A DNA stretch of 63,561 nucleotides, filler included, from Choristocarpus tenellus KU-1152 (Eukaryota; Protista; Phaeophyceae), in assembly GCA_964200185.2 (NCBI GenBank). It is 8 parts of 8 records of this genome, joined end to end, with 100 filler letters (N's around TTAATTAATTAA, not from the genome) between each part and the next. Parts side by side here need not be neighbours in the genome. Positions count along the whole stretch, not along the records: positions 1 to 8,996 come from CAXNAD020004102.1; positions 9,097 to 12,907 come from CAXNAD020017793.1; 6 more parts are not named here. The stretch is one strand, 5' to 3'. The notes under the pieces are model-generated. The model was not told the DNA's origin and searched no databases. It saw nothing but the letters and a program-made list of their open reading frames with translations. The position numbers and the translations under genes were made by a program. Positions 1 to 12,603 of this stretch are shown here, piece by piece. Numbering within the stretch: position 1 is the first letter of the stretch; each line of letters starts with the position of its first letter.

Positions 1-3000
1 TGTAACCGTTTTCTGCTTTCTCGACCATCAATCGACACATCCTCCCCCAAACATAGCAACACCCCTAGAAATAGACAATCTACTGTCTTTACAGTTAGCA
101 CAATCAGCATCTGTATAGCCAATTAACTGATCCCTTGGTCTATTACCATACAATCCCAAATCACCAAAGGTAATTCCATGCTCTTTAGCACCCAATAGGT
201 ACACCCAATCACTCTTTTAGCATTAAATCAATCAGACCAACTTGGATTCTCCACACATGAAGCCAATTTTCTAACTGTAAATGATACATCAGGTCTAGTC
301 ATGATAGCAGCCCATTGTATACCATCAATCATAGATCTGTAGTCACCTGGAACAGGTCCCTCCTGCTCTACTCGCTTTGTGATAGACGGTAGCTCGTAAG
401 TCGTGCCAATACCATGCCTTTCCACCAGCTCTCCGATGTACAAGCTCTGATCCACCACAAGTGTCCCAGTTTTCCTGTCCCTCCTGATCCTGCATCCCAT
501 ACATTTGATTACCTCACCGAAATTACAACCAGGAACTTCTTATTAAGTCCCTCAATGATACGCACAGCATAACCAGCCCCTGGATCCTCAGCCATTAGCA
601 TGTCATCCACATGAACAATCATGATCATCACAACCTTACCATTCACAATCATTCTAAATAGACGTGGATCTGCCTCAGATTGTTCCAATACCAGTTCATC
701 AAAGCTTCCACTAGCAGAAAATTCCAATTCTGAGAAGCCTGGACTATCCCATACAGCGACTTCTTCAGTAGGCCCACTGCTCCAAACTTCGCCTTTCCTT
801 CAGGAAGTTCCACATATATGGTTTCCTCCAGGTCAGCCTATGTGAAAGCCTTCTTCCCATCACTGTGGATCAACCCATAATTCATTTTCGCTGCTAGTGC
901 AAGTAACATGTGAAGAGAAGCATGTGTAGGTGTTGGTGAAAATGACTCTAAGTAGTCCTCCCCCTTCCTCTGTCTGAAACCCTGGACAACCAACCTGGCC
1001 TTGTACCTTTTCACTTCTCCTTTAGCATCCATCTTCCTGGTAAACACCATCGTTGTCCCGAGTACCTTGTGACCATCAGTGGGGCAAGGTACTTGAATCC
1101 ACACTCCCCTGCTATCCAGATCATCCACTTTTTCATCAATAGCAGCTTTCCACAAAGGCCACTCCTCAGTCTCTGTCGCTGCTCTCATGGTCTTAGGTTC
1201 TGGTGGGAGGGGTTTATCTTTCCCACCCACAAGTAGACTAGTCAGTCTTCGCTCATACCTTAATGTCCGTTCCGATCGTTCACCAGGTTCAGATGGGTGG
1301 TCATGTTTATGATCCACTAGTTGCAGTAACAACTTTCCACCACTCCCCTGCTGTGACATAGGTGGATCCATACCACCAGCACCAGTGTTCAGCATCCCAT
1401 CAGTACTTCCATTCTCCATAGTGTTCTCCACATCTATTCCACCTTCCACTTCCAAATTCCGAATCCAAACCCACTTTTTCTGAAGACACCCCTTTCGAAG
1501 TCTTTTCCTCTGGTAACTTTTCTTCTGATTCCAAAGAAATTTCCTCCAGCACCAAATCCCCAATCCTCCCCTCAAAGTCCTCTTGCTTCTCCTCCAAGAT
1601 TCCATCCCCAGTCTTGTGAATCCCAGCAACAGAATATGGTAGTCACGCTGTTGACTAGTTGTCCTAAATTTGTAAGAACTTGTAAGAACCTGCAAAGAAT
1701 CAGAAGGGTGGTTGAAAGAACTTCCCATCATCAGACAAGGTTTGGCTCTTAGTGCCAACCTATGCATCCGTTGGTCCACTCTTGTGAAACCCTTAGAACC
1801 CCAAAGAGGCAACAAATGAGGGTGGGTTGGAACAACATAAAACATTTCATATGGTGATTTCCAGTGGGGGTTAGCAGACATGGGGCAAAGGTTTGTTAGT
1901 ATGATAGCCATGTTGTGCGCCTCCGCCCACAAACCCAACTGATCCCCCAATCCAGCTGCATGCATCATGACCAGCCCCTTCTCCGCTATCAGTGCAACTG
2001 TGTGTTCCACTTTCCCATTCAATTGGGGGGTACCCGGAAAGGTGTACTCAGGCCGAATCTTGTGTTGATCCAACACCTCCTCGAAGTCCCCATTCTTGAA
2101 CTCTGTTCCCTCATCAGTCCTAACACACCCAATGCGCAAATTTTCCACATCTGTCACATCTTGAATAAAAGCCCGAGAAACCATTGCAGTTCATTCTTGG
2201 CTCGCAGGAATCGAATACATCGCATTCCTGTCATGCCACATACCATCATCATCTCGTCAAGGTATCCACCCGGGCTACTTGCCCTTGACTTTAGTCCGCT
2301 CAAATCTATGAACACCCGTCCCAACCTTCGGTGAGACTTACTCTCTGTTACCTTAGGTACAGGTTTCCAATGAGCCTTGCCAATAGCACACCCCTTGAAG
2401 TAGTATTGTTGCCACTCCCCAGTTAAGTAAATCCCACAATCCTTGGCATACCTGCGCACTATCGCTTCATGGCAGTGACCGAGTTGCATATACATCTGTT
2501 TGATATCCACTTTCGTAGTAGGTCGCATCTCACCACTTGGGCCCCAAGGGGCCATGATTAAAACTCCAGCACCACCTTGGGCAAGCTCATCAGGTCCATC
2601 ATTGCCTGATGTCGATGCGAGTTTATATCACCAGTGTCCATGCTTGAGGCAAACTCCTCCCCCTCAACAGTCCCCCCAGGGACGATGGTATTTGCATTAC
2701 TTCCACCCAGTTCCTCAAGATCCACCTCTGATGTTCCATTCGGACTAGTTGACCCCCCTGGATCAAATACTGGCGGAGCCATCTTTGGGGTAGGCCCCCC
2801 CCCCCAACAATCTCCTCTGGGACAATGGCATAAACTTCAACCCCCTCGGGGGGAAGTTTACTCATTTCTGTAGCATCCTCCACGGATGAAGTAGCCTCGA
2901 TCATCAGTCCTTCTCGATCGATATCCCCACCACTCCCCTCTTGGGCGAGATCGACATCTCTAGCCCCACCGTGGGCTAGGTCGATACCTCCAGCCTCATC

Positions 3001-4728
3001 CTGCGCAAAGTCGGCTCTTCTAGCCCCCTCCTGGGCGAGGTCAATACTTCCATCCCCATCCTGTACGAAACTGACACCTCCAACCCCCTCTTGGGATACT
3101 GTTCCTCCAAGTACAAATGCCACTTCGGTCTCATCAGGTGGGTAAGGGGGAGTTGGTCTACGTGGTAGTGTAGGTTTAGCAGGCATTCTCCTCCTAGCCT
3201 TTAGTGTGAACAAATCAAAATTCTTTCCAAGGGTTGATGAAAAAATAGGGGGGGGTTCACCTGCTGATGGGGTCAACTTCAAAGAACTTTCCCTCCGCCA
3301 ATGGGTTTCTCCACCTGATTGAAGTCCAGCTTGAACCATTGAGAAAAGATTGAAGTTTAACTCTGGAACCAACAACACATTGCACAGAAAAAAATCATAA
3401 ACCTTCTCATTCTGTATAAAACATAATGGTAAGTTTCCAACCATGCTAGCTCGAAGTTTCTGTCCTGTACCAACAGTCACAGACTTTCTACTAACAGGAC
3501 GTTGTTCTATCAAAGCAATGAGGCTGTCGGTCATATGGGCAGAACACCCAGTATCAAAATACCATACATCATCCCACTGTTCAATATTCTCATCCTTCAC
3601 CATCGAGAAACCTCCAAGTATCTTCGGCGATCCATTATTTCCACCATTCGCCTTCCCTTGACCACGCCTCTTCCTCTGTGTAGTCACTGCACCACCATCT
3701 ACAACTTGTTTAGCTGCCGCCAGAGCCACCGCATGTCCAGGACAATTTTTAGCTTTGTGTCCCGATCCGCTACAAATGTAGCAGGTACCGGAATATTTGC
3801 CTATTACAGGTGGGGAAGAAACAGACGGACAGACAAACAGACACGTAATGCGGTCCACCACATTTGAAACATTTTACACCATGTTTACCATGATGTCCAG
3901 CCAATAATGCAGAACGCGATCCATGATTGAAAGTCGAGCTTCCAGTAGACATAAGCGCTCCATTGTGGTTCCCAATACCACTACCCACCAACCTTTTGTT
4001 CATCCGATATGATTCGCAGACTCTCTTCTGTAGTTGCAATCTTGCCGGTCGACCCATATCGGAAATCTGATGTATTTTAATCATATATTCAGCAGCAAAA
4101 CAGTTATGAAGAACTGTCAGCTACTCTTCCTCATCTGGTTCGGCACCAAGACTCCGCAACTTCTTCACCAGCTTTTCCATCTCTTGGATAATACCCAAAG
4201 GATCCCCCCCAATTGGTAGATGCAATTCATGTAATTTTTTCCTCCAGATCGCTCTTTCCGTGATACCATCTCTTTCAAAACGGTCTCTCAGTGCCTGGAA
4301 AGCTTCAGACAGGCTGTCATGGTTATCAACAATGTCGAGTGCAAGTCCTCCTACATTCATAACCAATCCAGCCAACGCCATGCTGGCTTCACGAACTTCT
4401 TGGCATGTCCTCCTCGATGTATTTCCTCCTTCTAGGCCCACCCACCCTGATGTGATCTTGAGTGAATAATTAATCCATCCACCCATCCACTCATTGCAGC
4501 ACAAGTTAGAAATCGTTTCTTGTATGAGGGAAACCCCTCCCCATCATCGTTACCATTGTACGCCACAATTTTTCAGGGAAGTGGGATGAGGCGCTGCAGG
4601 TCCACTCCCTCAGTTCGTCTCGAGATCGCGGTCCCGCTCGTCGCTAGATCCTCCTGATCATCGACGTCCTGTACTTCCACACCAACATCTTCAACCTCCA
4701 CCTTCACATTACCAACAGCAGACGCCAT
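1..4728 (-). pseudogene. gag-pol polyprotein of copia element, fragmented
   Basis: Motifs are spread over ORFs 4121-4504, 3770-4084, 2623-3861, 2154-2555, 838-2184, 509-727 and 228-500 in shifting frames. Confidence 0.9.
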
Positions 4729-4801
4729 CAGGACTCTGTCTGACCCCTCTACTATTAGCTTACTTGAGATATCAGCACACTTTAAAGTATGCTAACTAGC
4801 A

Positions 4802-5114
4802 TGTTAAAGAATGTGTAGAATCTCAAGTCTTGATATTGAAATATGTAGATCAATTCCTTCTCAGTTATGTTGTAGGAGGTAGAAAGTTGGAGTGAGATAT
4901 ATCGTTCAAGAAGGGGGGTGATAAACCTTTCACTCATCACTCATCACTCATCACTAATAACTTGTCACTCAATCTGTGTTACTTGCTATGTTACTTGCTA
5001 CAACATTCGTCTAGGATTCTTCTTGTTGTACTATAATAATCCGGACAATATTTTCGTAGTCACATGACAAAGACATTACTATCAATTATCCCGTTATCCA
5101 ACAATAGTTCAACA
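4802..5114 (-). repeat. putative 5' LTR of the copia element (~313 bp)
   Basis: Bounded by TGTTAA (4802) and TTCAACA (5114), i.e. TG...CA with short inverted ends, ~75 bp upstream of the gag ATG. Contains a (TCACTCA)n run near 4930-4955. The partner LTR is outside the window. Confidence 0.6.
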
Positions 5115-8100
5115 ACTTCATGTTACTCCCACAGAATCATCGTTTACACATGAATAAAAAGCATATTCTTAAGAGAGACATCTGCCAGGAACACTGACAA
5201 GATTAAGGACAAAGGGAAGGAGGACTGTGAACAAGGATGACCAGTTTAGTATGAAATGCATGAACATGGAGGTGTTTTCAAAGGAGTGGTGTTCGAGGTG
5301 TGTAGCAAATCACTTAGGAGCTTAAGGATGGGAGTGGAAAATGAGGACAACTCAGGAAGACAACCATGCAGAGGGAGGGCGTAGCATCCTATGCTCTATT
5401 CAAATAGAGATGTGGGTCCAGCATGCTGTATGTTGATACCCACATACATGGTCCTTGCACCACATCCAATCAATATATTTCTCCATAATCACAAACAATT
5501 GTTTCATGCATAAGGCTAACATGTGAAATACATGTATCAAATTTTGAAAATGAAAGCAGATGAAGGGTATGTATGCTCTGGGAGGCGTGGAGTAAGATGG
5601 TGATGTCTTTGTAAACGTCATAGAGAACTAACTGCAAGAGCGCTGTATTCAACCAGAAGACGGATGGCCAAGGTAAGCACACCAATCCTTGCGAATGACA
5701 TGTTCTCCTTGCAATGGCCTGCTATCAATTTCTTTTATTGTTTGCCAATTGGTTTAAAACGAATTGTTACGAATCTTGCACTGATTTTCCATAGAGGCTA
5801 CAAACTTCTGTCTGTACATGTTAGGAAACCTATCACAGCGTCAAACATTATCCTTGCTGTACAATTAGTTACAGTATTTCTTCCTCAATAAATAATCGAA
5901 AAATGCCCTTTGTCTCAAATCACAATTCCTTCATGTGTTTTCTTCTCCACTCCTTACCTGCACTTTACACCTTCCAAAGTGGATGGTGACATTGCGATGT
6001 TCATGGTTAGAGCAGTTAGGATTGAGAGCATTTACATTGAAGGGATGTTGCCCACAAGAAAAGTGCAAGCTAGCTAGTGTTCATCCAAGTCAGGAGAATT
6101 GACACTTGCTTGTCATCCCAGACAGCTACTTCATTACCTATCTCAGCAAAGGCACGAAGTTCAAACCTCAATCTGTGGAAAAACTGAAGGACAGGGAAAA
6201 CTGTCCACCTCTAGAATGTGAGGCTATTTCTTACAAAATCTTTCAAACAAGAGTTGAAAGTATTTTCTTACAGATAGATTGAGAGAGAATGTATGTTTTT
6301 GACAGAGAGAGTGAGGTGAACATTGAGGACTTGGAGGAGGAAGAGAAGAGTGGAAGGGACAAGGAGGAGGGAGAAGACTTCAAGCAATGAGAAGATGAAC
6401 TGAATGGAAAGAAATCACCCAACCTCTCCACCAGGACAAAACAGAAAGTGCATCTCTCAGGAACTGCAAAGACAAGTGTTTTGAAATTGTTGACCATGAA
6501 GTAGATTGCGCTCTTTCCACTTTTTCGAAAATTTCAAAAGTAAGGGGAGCTAGGTCCATTTTGTGTTAGGGAAGAGACATCTCTCTAACCTCCTCCTAAG
6601 GCAGGATGTACATACTGTTTTATGGCTGGCACAAATTTACCTCCACACTCAGGGCACCGACTCAATCGATTTCCTTCATCAGGACACACCTTCCTCTTTC
6701 ATCCCCTTGCTTTGGTATCTACTCACAAATGATGCGCATGCATGCTTCCTGTGCTGGTTCATTGTTCAAAGGAGTGATCTGTGGGTGGAGCATACTCACA
6801 TAACATGTACTTTGATCCCAAATTATCCACGTAGTGGAACGGAGATAATAAGATAGTAAGACGTAATGACAGGGAGCATGACGGAGTGAAATGAAAACAC
6901 ATAAAAGAGGTTTATAAGGTAGAGGGGACTACTGCCGCTTTGTACATAAAAACATATTTATTCATGATTTGACAGTCAATCCCATCTGAAGAAAAACTTC
7001 CACCTGGGAAAGGGTGTATGTACCATCCATTCTTTTCTCGCTGCAATCCCTAGTGCTCAAATCCAGTCCTATTCCACATTCTCATTTTGCTCCTTTCATG
7101 ATCTCCATAATTCCTGTCACCTCTGTCCCACCACTTGAAGAATTTATTATCAAACCGCATGTTGTTAGAGTACGCTTCACATAAATATTTCTTTTCAAAC
7201 CACAAACAATTAACACACATGTACACCATTTGTAAACATGCACCCAAGCATGGGGATGAAAATTACTTCTGCCAGATTAAATGCCCATCCTGACTGACGC
7301 TCATTTCATTCCTCCAAAACATGAATTTCCTACCTCAAGAGGACACACAAGTAGTAGTTCCTTGTGTTGCAACCTCTTCAGGATATTCTCTTTCATGATG
7401 TCCTCCACCTTTGTCATACCAAAGTTTACATGATCTCTCCTGGACAGTGCCAGAGGTTCACCACAGAATCTGACCAGCAATCCCTCAGCAGATCTGTTGT
7501 TTTCTCAAGAAACCTTCAGGCCCAGGGATGCATCCAAGGCCAAGCTTCAGACAGGGGAATTTTTTTTGTGTGAAATTGGGGATAACACTGTGAAGGGAAA
7601 ATCCATGAGGAGAGGGAGTCAGACTACTCCGAGATACACACGTCTGGATTGGAAGAGGTTGCACAACGAACATAGGAGGAAGAGAAGGCCAAGGAACTTT
7701 ATATCTTCCTAGAACCAAGCCTAGTGACTGAGCTGAGCCCCAGAACAAGGGAACAACTGCAACCTGGATGGACACCGCACATTGCCATCACCAGCAAACA
7801 ATGATACACACATCTCAAGCACAGGGGATTATGCTGGCAGTTTGGAGAACAGTGAATGAGAGGAACTGTGTTGAGACACAAACTGATTACGTGAGGAACG
7901 TGGGAGAGGGGCCAACCAGTCTTCCCTATGAGGTGAAATGGGACGGGAGTGAATTGCAACAATGTCCAACTCCTTCCCGAAGACCTCATGGTCCAGGGGA
8001 TACTTGTGAGCAGCTGTTTCTGGGCAAGCTCAATAAGCTAATTAGAAAGGGTAGGAAATGCTCTTCTATTGTTTGTGCATGATAATGTCTCCTTTTTTGC

Positions 8101-8996
8101 GTAATAACATCCATCTTTTACTAAAAAACTTGAAGATAATAGAAAAACAAGACAGTGAAGGGGAAAGGGTGTGTGGAGACAGAAGAACAGCAGATTAAGC
8201 ACAGGTTGTTGGAGATGCGTGCAGAGTTCATGCACCATTCTAAATACACTTTTTTTGCTTGACTTCACACCTCTAAGATATTCATTATTCCAACACGTGA
8301 TTCATCATCCTTCTCATCAGTGTATTTCACATACATTTCCTACTTGTTTGGCAATTCCCAATCTACTCCCATTAATGTTCTTATCCTCAATTAGCTAAAT
8401 CACCAACCAACCGTGATGTACCATAAAGTCTCCTGGGTGCTCTTTTTGCACATTTACCTCCTTGCATCCTCCAATTCTAGAGTAGAATATCCATCCACAG
8501 AATCCCAAAGGGGGTCATCTGAATTTTGACCATAAAATAGGATGTCAGGCATCATAATTACAAGCCTCTTAACATTAAAATGTTAGAAATCCACCTCCAT
8601 CCAGAATAAGTTGGTTCATTGTGCATGAAATGCGTTCATGTCTGGCATGAGAGGGTGATGCACTCCCTCTGTAGTATTAATATTACTACTGCTGCGGGAG
8701 AAAAGTAGTGGTATTCTTTCTGCTGTCATTGCTTAACACAGTACAGTAGGTGAAAGCTTGGATCAAGTACTCAAAACGTTTTGGAACAGTGCCAAAGGAT
8801 ATGCAATGGTGAGGATGCCACGTAAGTATATGAATCCTAGAACTCTCTTCGTCGCCTATGCACGGCGAGTCTGTAAACGTTGTATAACTAAGAAGCAGGA
8901 TTTCATAATGCCAATTTATTGTCTAGGTTCTTTGCAGTACTTCAAAAAGTCAGATGAGAACAATCAGTGAATGACCCAAAGTATCTGGGAGGGGGG

Positions 8997-9096
8997 NNNN
9001 NNNNNNNNNNNNNNNNNNNNNNNNNNNNNNNNNNNNNNNNTTAATTAATTAANNNNNNNNNNNNNNNNNNNNNNNNNNNNNNNNNNNNNNNNNNNN
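8997..9096. other. artificial contig-joining spacer (also 12908-13007, 28156-28255, 43869-43968, 46740-46839, 50489-50588, 58885-58984)
   Basis: The same 100-nt N44-TTAATTAATTAA-N44 block occurs seven times; the 12-mer gives stops in all six frames. Confidence 0.97.
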
Positions 9097-9534
9097 CCCC
9101 CCCTCCCGGATACTTTGGGTCACATAATAAAGGATTATGGTATGTGGATATCACAAGATCTGGTCAAGATACACTAGTCTTAAAAATAAAATGAAAAACA
9201 AGCACACACACACAAACAAGACAAAACAAAAAAAATGGCCAGGATCTGTACCACATAAACAATAATAATTTCTTTACTGAAACGATAGGTTACAATATTA
9301 CGGCAATGCATGAATTACAGACTATGCAAGGGAGTATAGTAACAGTAAATATGAATTCTCAAATCAACACTGTATGGGACGAGAATTTTATTGGTTATAC
9401 AATCTATTTACTGCAACTATAGGCTGCAATAATTTCACGGCACTGTGGGATCTGTTACATGCTTTTGCGAAGATCACAAGACAGTCCATAGCCACAAAGA
9501 CGAAGGCGATAGATAATATTTGTGGGCGAACGAT

Positions 9535-9613
9535 GACACGATAAGGTCAATGTCCAACAACGCTAAGTTTGCGTGTTTCGCACGCGTGAGTTCGAATCTA
9601 ACCGGTGTCGCCA
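9535..9613 (+). pseudogene. degenerate tRNA-Ser(GCT)-like sequence with 3' CCA, probably a SINE head
   Basis: Acceptor GACACG.../CGGTGTC-G-CCA, anticodon loop GCT-AA-GTTTG, long variable arm CGTG-TTTCG-CACG, T arm GTGAG-TTCGAAT-CTAAC; the D arm is eroded. Confidence 0.7.
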
Positions 9614-10040
9614 ATATAAATCAGGTGATTTTGTGGGGGCGTAGTTCACTCAGACAGGCTGGTGAAGATAATAACCGCGAGCAGGACGGACCAAACAGAC
9701 GAAGATGAACCGTAACCGAGAGGACGACGTTATGGTTGGACAAGTGCGAGACTGGAAGGACTTGCAGGAAAGAGTGGGGAACTGAGGAAGTAGGGCGGAT
9801 CACGATTCGGATGGGTTTCAAAAAAGAAGCAACTCTTCAGAGATAGGAGATTGTCTTCGTAAAAACGTACTCATAAGAAGACATTACGGGAAGGCACAGG
9901 AATCTATCACTCCGAACATCCTCCACACAGTTAAACCGAAGTTCTCAGAGAACAACCTCAATCGGTATAACGGTATAAATGTATAATTGCATGGCGGTGT
10001 GGCGGTATCAAGGTATCAAGGTATCAAGGTATCAAGGTAT
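9535..10040 (+). mobile_element. tRNA-Ser-derived SINE-like element with (GGTATCAA)n tail
   Basis: tRNA head, then a body homologous to 58400-58690 (minus), then a 3' tandem GGTATCAA x4 tail at ~10004-10040. Confidence 0.55.
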
Positions 10041-11664
10041 GAAACAGACAAACTTACTTCCCACAGATAAGGAGAATCAAGGAATATACAAACTTGGTGA
10101 ACTGGAACTATGTCCCGATCAAATAATGGGGAAAGCACAGGGGAATATCTCCGCCACAATTTTGAAGGTCATGACTTCAAAACGTGCAAAAATGAAGGTG
10201 GTTGACTAAACTCCTTGCAGAAAACTGGTCCAGGGGTAGGTCGCTGCCCAAGTTTGGCTGGTGCGGCCCTACCGAAAAAAAAGCAGAAAAGAAGAAGATT
10301 TACAGACATCTTTTTATCCACACATCTTTTTTACGCCTTTTGCAGATTTTCTGTGACCTCACACACGTGTGACTTACACAGCAACATAAACCACGACGGT
10401 GAGACAAGGAGAGCCGTTGAGCACACTATGCCCCCTGGATCTACCCTTGGCACCTTGTAACACTCAGTGCGATGTTAGGTAACGAGAGAGTGCGAGTAGT
10501 GTGGCGCAAGCAACATACTCAAATCGCAAAATGGATCACGGGGCCGCGACACTGATGCTGAGAGGAGATGCATTGAAAGCATTATCACACAAACCTGGTT
10601 GGATCTTCAACCACGTTGGACAACTGCTCTGCAGTCTCTGCCACCTCGGGAAAGAAGGAAGAGAGCGGTGAATCCATCACCAGGTGGTACAGTGACGAAG
10701 TCTGTGGGGAAGTCTGGTCACGGCGGGCGAAGGGAGAACCAGGGTGGCTGCCCGAAGGGAAGATTGTGGAAGAGGGCAGTGCGACTGCGCGCCATTGCGC
10801 TCAGGAAACGCCTAAGCAAAAACCCGGGTGTAGGATATCTTAGTAGTCAACAGTTGCAGCAGGCTCTGGCTCTCTGGAAGCTGTGCGAGCCGGAGTGGCT
10901 TAAGGAAACGAGAAGGAAGGTGTTAGGGTTGGGCTACGAGGGCTCTGAAGCCCGAAAGAGGGTCGAAAGGGCTTGCAAGGTGGAGGAGAAAGCGATTGTA
11001 ACAAAGGCAGCTGTGGATACTTTTCGATACCACCAAATCCTTTCCTTAGAAGCGGTTGCGAAGCAGGTGTATAGGTAGCCATCACCAAGGACGCCAGGGA
11101 AAAAGAGGAGATGAGATTGATACTATTTGCACACTGATGGTTTGGTGTCTCCCACTTCTTGCAAGATGCCGTACATTCACTCTTGTTCCTGGACTTGGGG
11201 TTGGACGTATATAAAGTTGATTAAGGCTTTCTCCCAGCCTGAATTCATTAGAGAAATCAACACAATTTTCGATCAACTCAAGCCTGTCCTCCCTCGCCTT
11301 TGTGCCTTGATGAAAGAAATATTACCCGTCCAGGAAACATGGACAACGCCCATTTCCGGCTCTCAACGAGGAAATGTAATAGTTGAGGCTCTAACACTGC
11401 GAATCCTGTACGTGTGTGTGAAAGACGGGAAAGACCGTCAAACGGCTCTCGAGATGGCAACAGGATATGCGATGGTCAGGTCTGAAACTGTGAGTAAATG
11501 GGAGATGGACTTCCTAACTAAGGGCCATATCAATTGTCGGAGCAAGGGCGCTATGGAAGGCGTTTCGTCCTGGGCCTCGACGAGGACATCCTTGCCAAGG
11601 TCAAAGAGTGGGTGTGCGAAAACACAGGAAGAAAGGATTGGGGAGGCTTTTTTCCCACCTAAAC

Positions 11665-11930
11665 CCTACACTTAAATCAAGTAGTAGTGCATCTGCTGGC
11701 TCTCTTTGGTGACCTACAACTCAGGGTTCGAACCCCGATATGTGCGTTCTTTCTTCTAATAATGAAAAAATAACGAGAAAAACAACGAAGCCCGTACTCT
11801 GGAGAGCATTGTGACGGGCATCACGAATATGCTTCTATTTTTTAAATCCGTTGTCTACATCAAAGGCTATGACGGGACAACCTTAGAGGGCGAACCTACT
11901 GGTGCCACTATATCATTACCACCATTACTA
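11665..11930 (+). mobile_element. tRNA-derived SINE-like insert in transposon (also 56778-57030)
   Basis: A-box-like AATCAAGTAGTAGTGC and B-box GGTTCGAACCCC directly after the GGFFPT stop in both transposon copies. Confidence 0.45.
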
Positions 11931-12287
11931 TCGTTACATATACTCAGAAGAACGTAGATGGAAGATATGAAATAACAAGAATAATAACAACGGATGGAAG
12001 ACAAATCAATCCGAAAAGGAGATACTACTACAAAAGAGCATTCATTTGTCAGTGATGGTGGTGGTATTATAATAGTGACTTGGGCAACCTCAGCTCCTTC
12101 TCTTTGACATTACCTACATAAGCCTTTATTCAGTAGACCGTGATGGTGGTGGTATTATTTTAGTGACTTGGACAACGTCAGTAACTGTTGCTGCTTTGAC
12201 ATGACCTTCATAAGCTACTCTGCCGTGAAGTTCGTTTTACCAACAGTCACACGCACTCACACACAAACTCATAAGTCACCTCTGGGA

Positions 12288-12603
12288 TTAGACCGGTCTT
12301 GATTTTTCGAAACGGTTGCCCAACGAGTTAAACGACGATCAGCATATCGAATGAAAGCTCTTGTTCTCAGCTATCGATTTCCGGAATGGAATTATGTTGG
12401 AAAATTCTTTTGGGAAGACTAAATTTCAACCGAATGTTGTTAGCACAACCTTGAAAATGTTCCGGGATGAATTATCACGACCAAACATATTTTTTGAAAT
12501 AATTCCTTGGCGTTAATCGATAGCCTATATCCAGAGCGTTAATTTGATTTGCCGATCGTTGACTAACTACTTGGGCAACCTTTACAAAAATCAAGATTGG
12601 TAA
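12288..12603. mobile_element. fold-back MITE with ~90-bp imperfect terminal inverted repeats
   Basis: Left arm CCGGTCTTGATTTTTCGAAACGGTTGCCCAA...CTATCGATT matches the reverse complement of the right arm (CCAATCTTGATTTTTGTAAAGGTTGCCCAA...CTATCGATT). Confidence 0.7.

Larger units (their letters stand above)
1..5114 (-). mobile_element. Ty1/copia LTR retrotransposon, degenerate (frameshifts/stops), 3' end cut by window edge
   Basis: Copia domain order on minus strand: gag (ATG 4728; ORF 4121-4504), zinc knuckles CFKCGGPHYVSVC and CYICSGSGHKAKNC, protease WYFDTGCSAHMT, pre-integrase LGH..C..GK, integrase (RTDEGTEF...PQLNGKVE), RT (YKARLVVQGFRQ, HVDDML, TRPDVSF), RNase H start (GYTDADCA, SRKQKTV in 1-130). 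Confidence 0.95.

Noticed and set aside
5120-8970. Many short ORFs here and in 30.5-35.7 kb and 51-53 kb
   Set aside because: Probably old transposon debris, but no motif could be recognised with enough confidence to name
9041-9052. Recurrent palindrome TTAATTAATTAA
   Set aside because: Always centred in a 100-nt N block; an assembly linker, not biology
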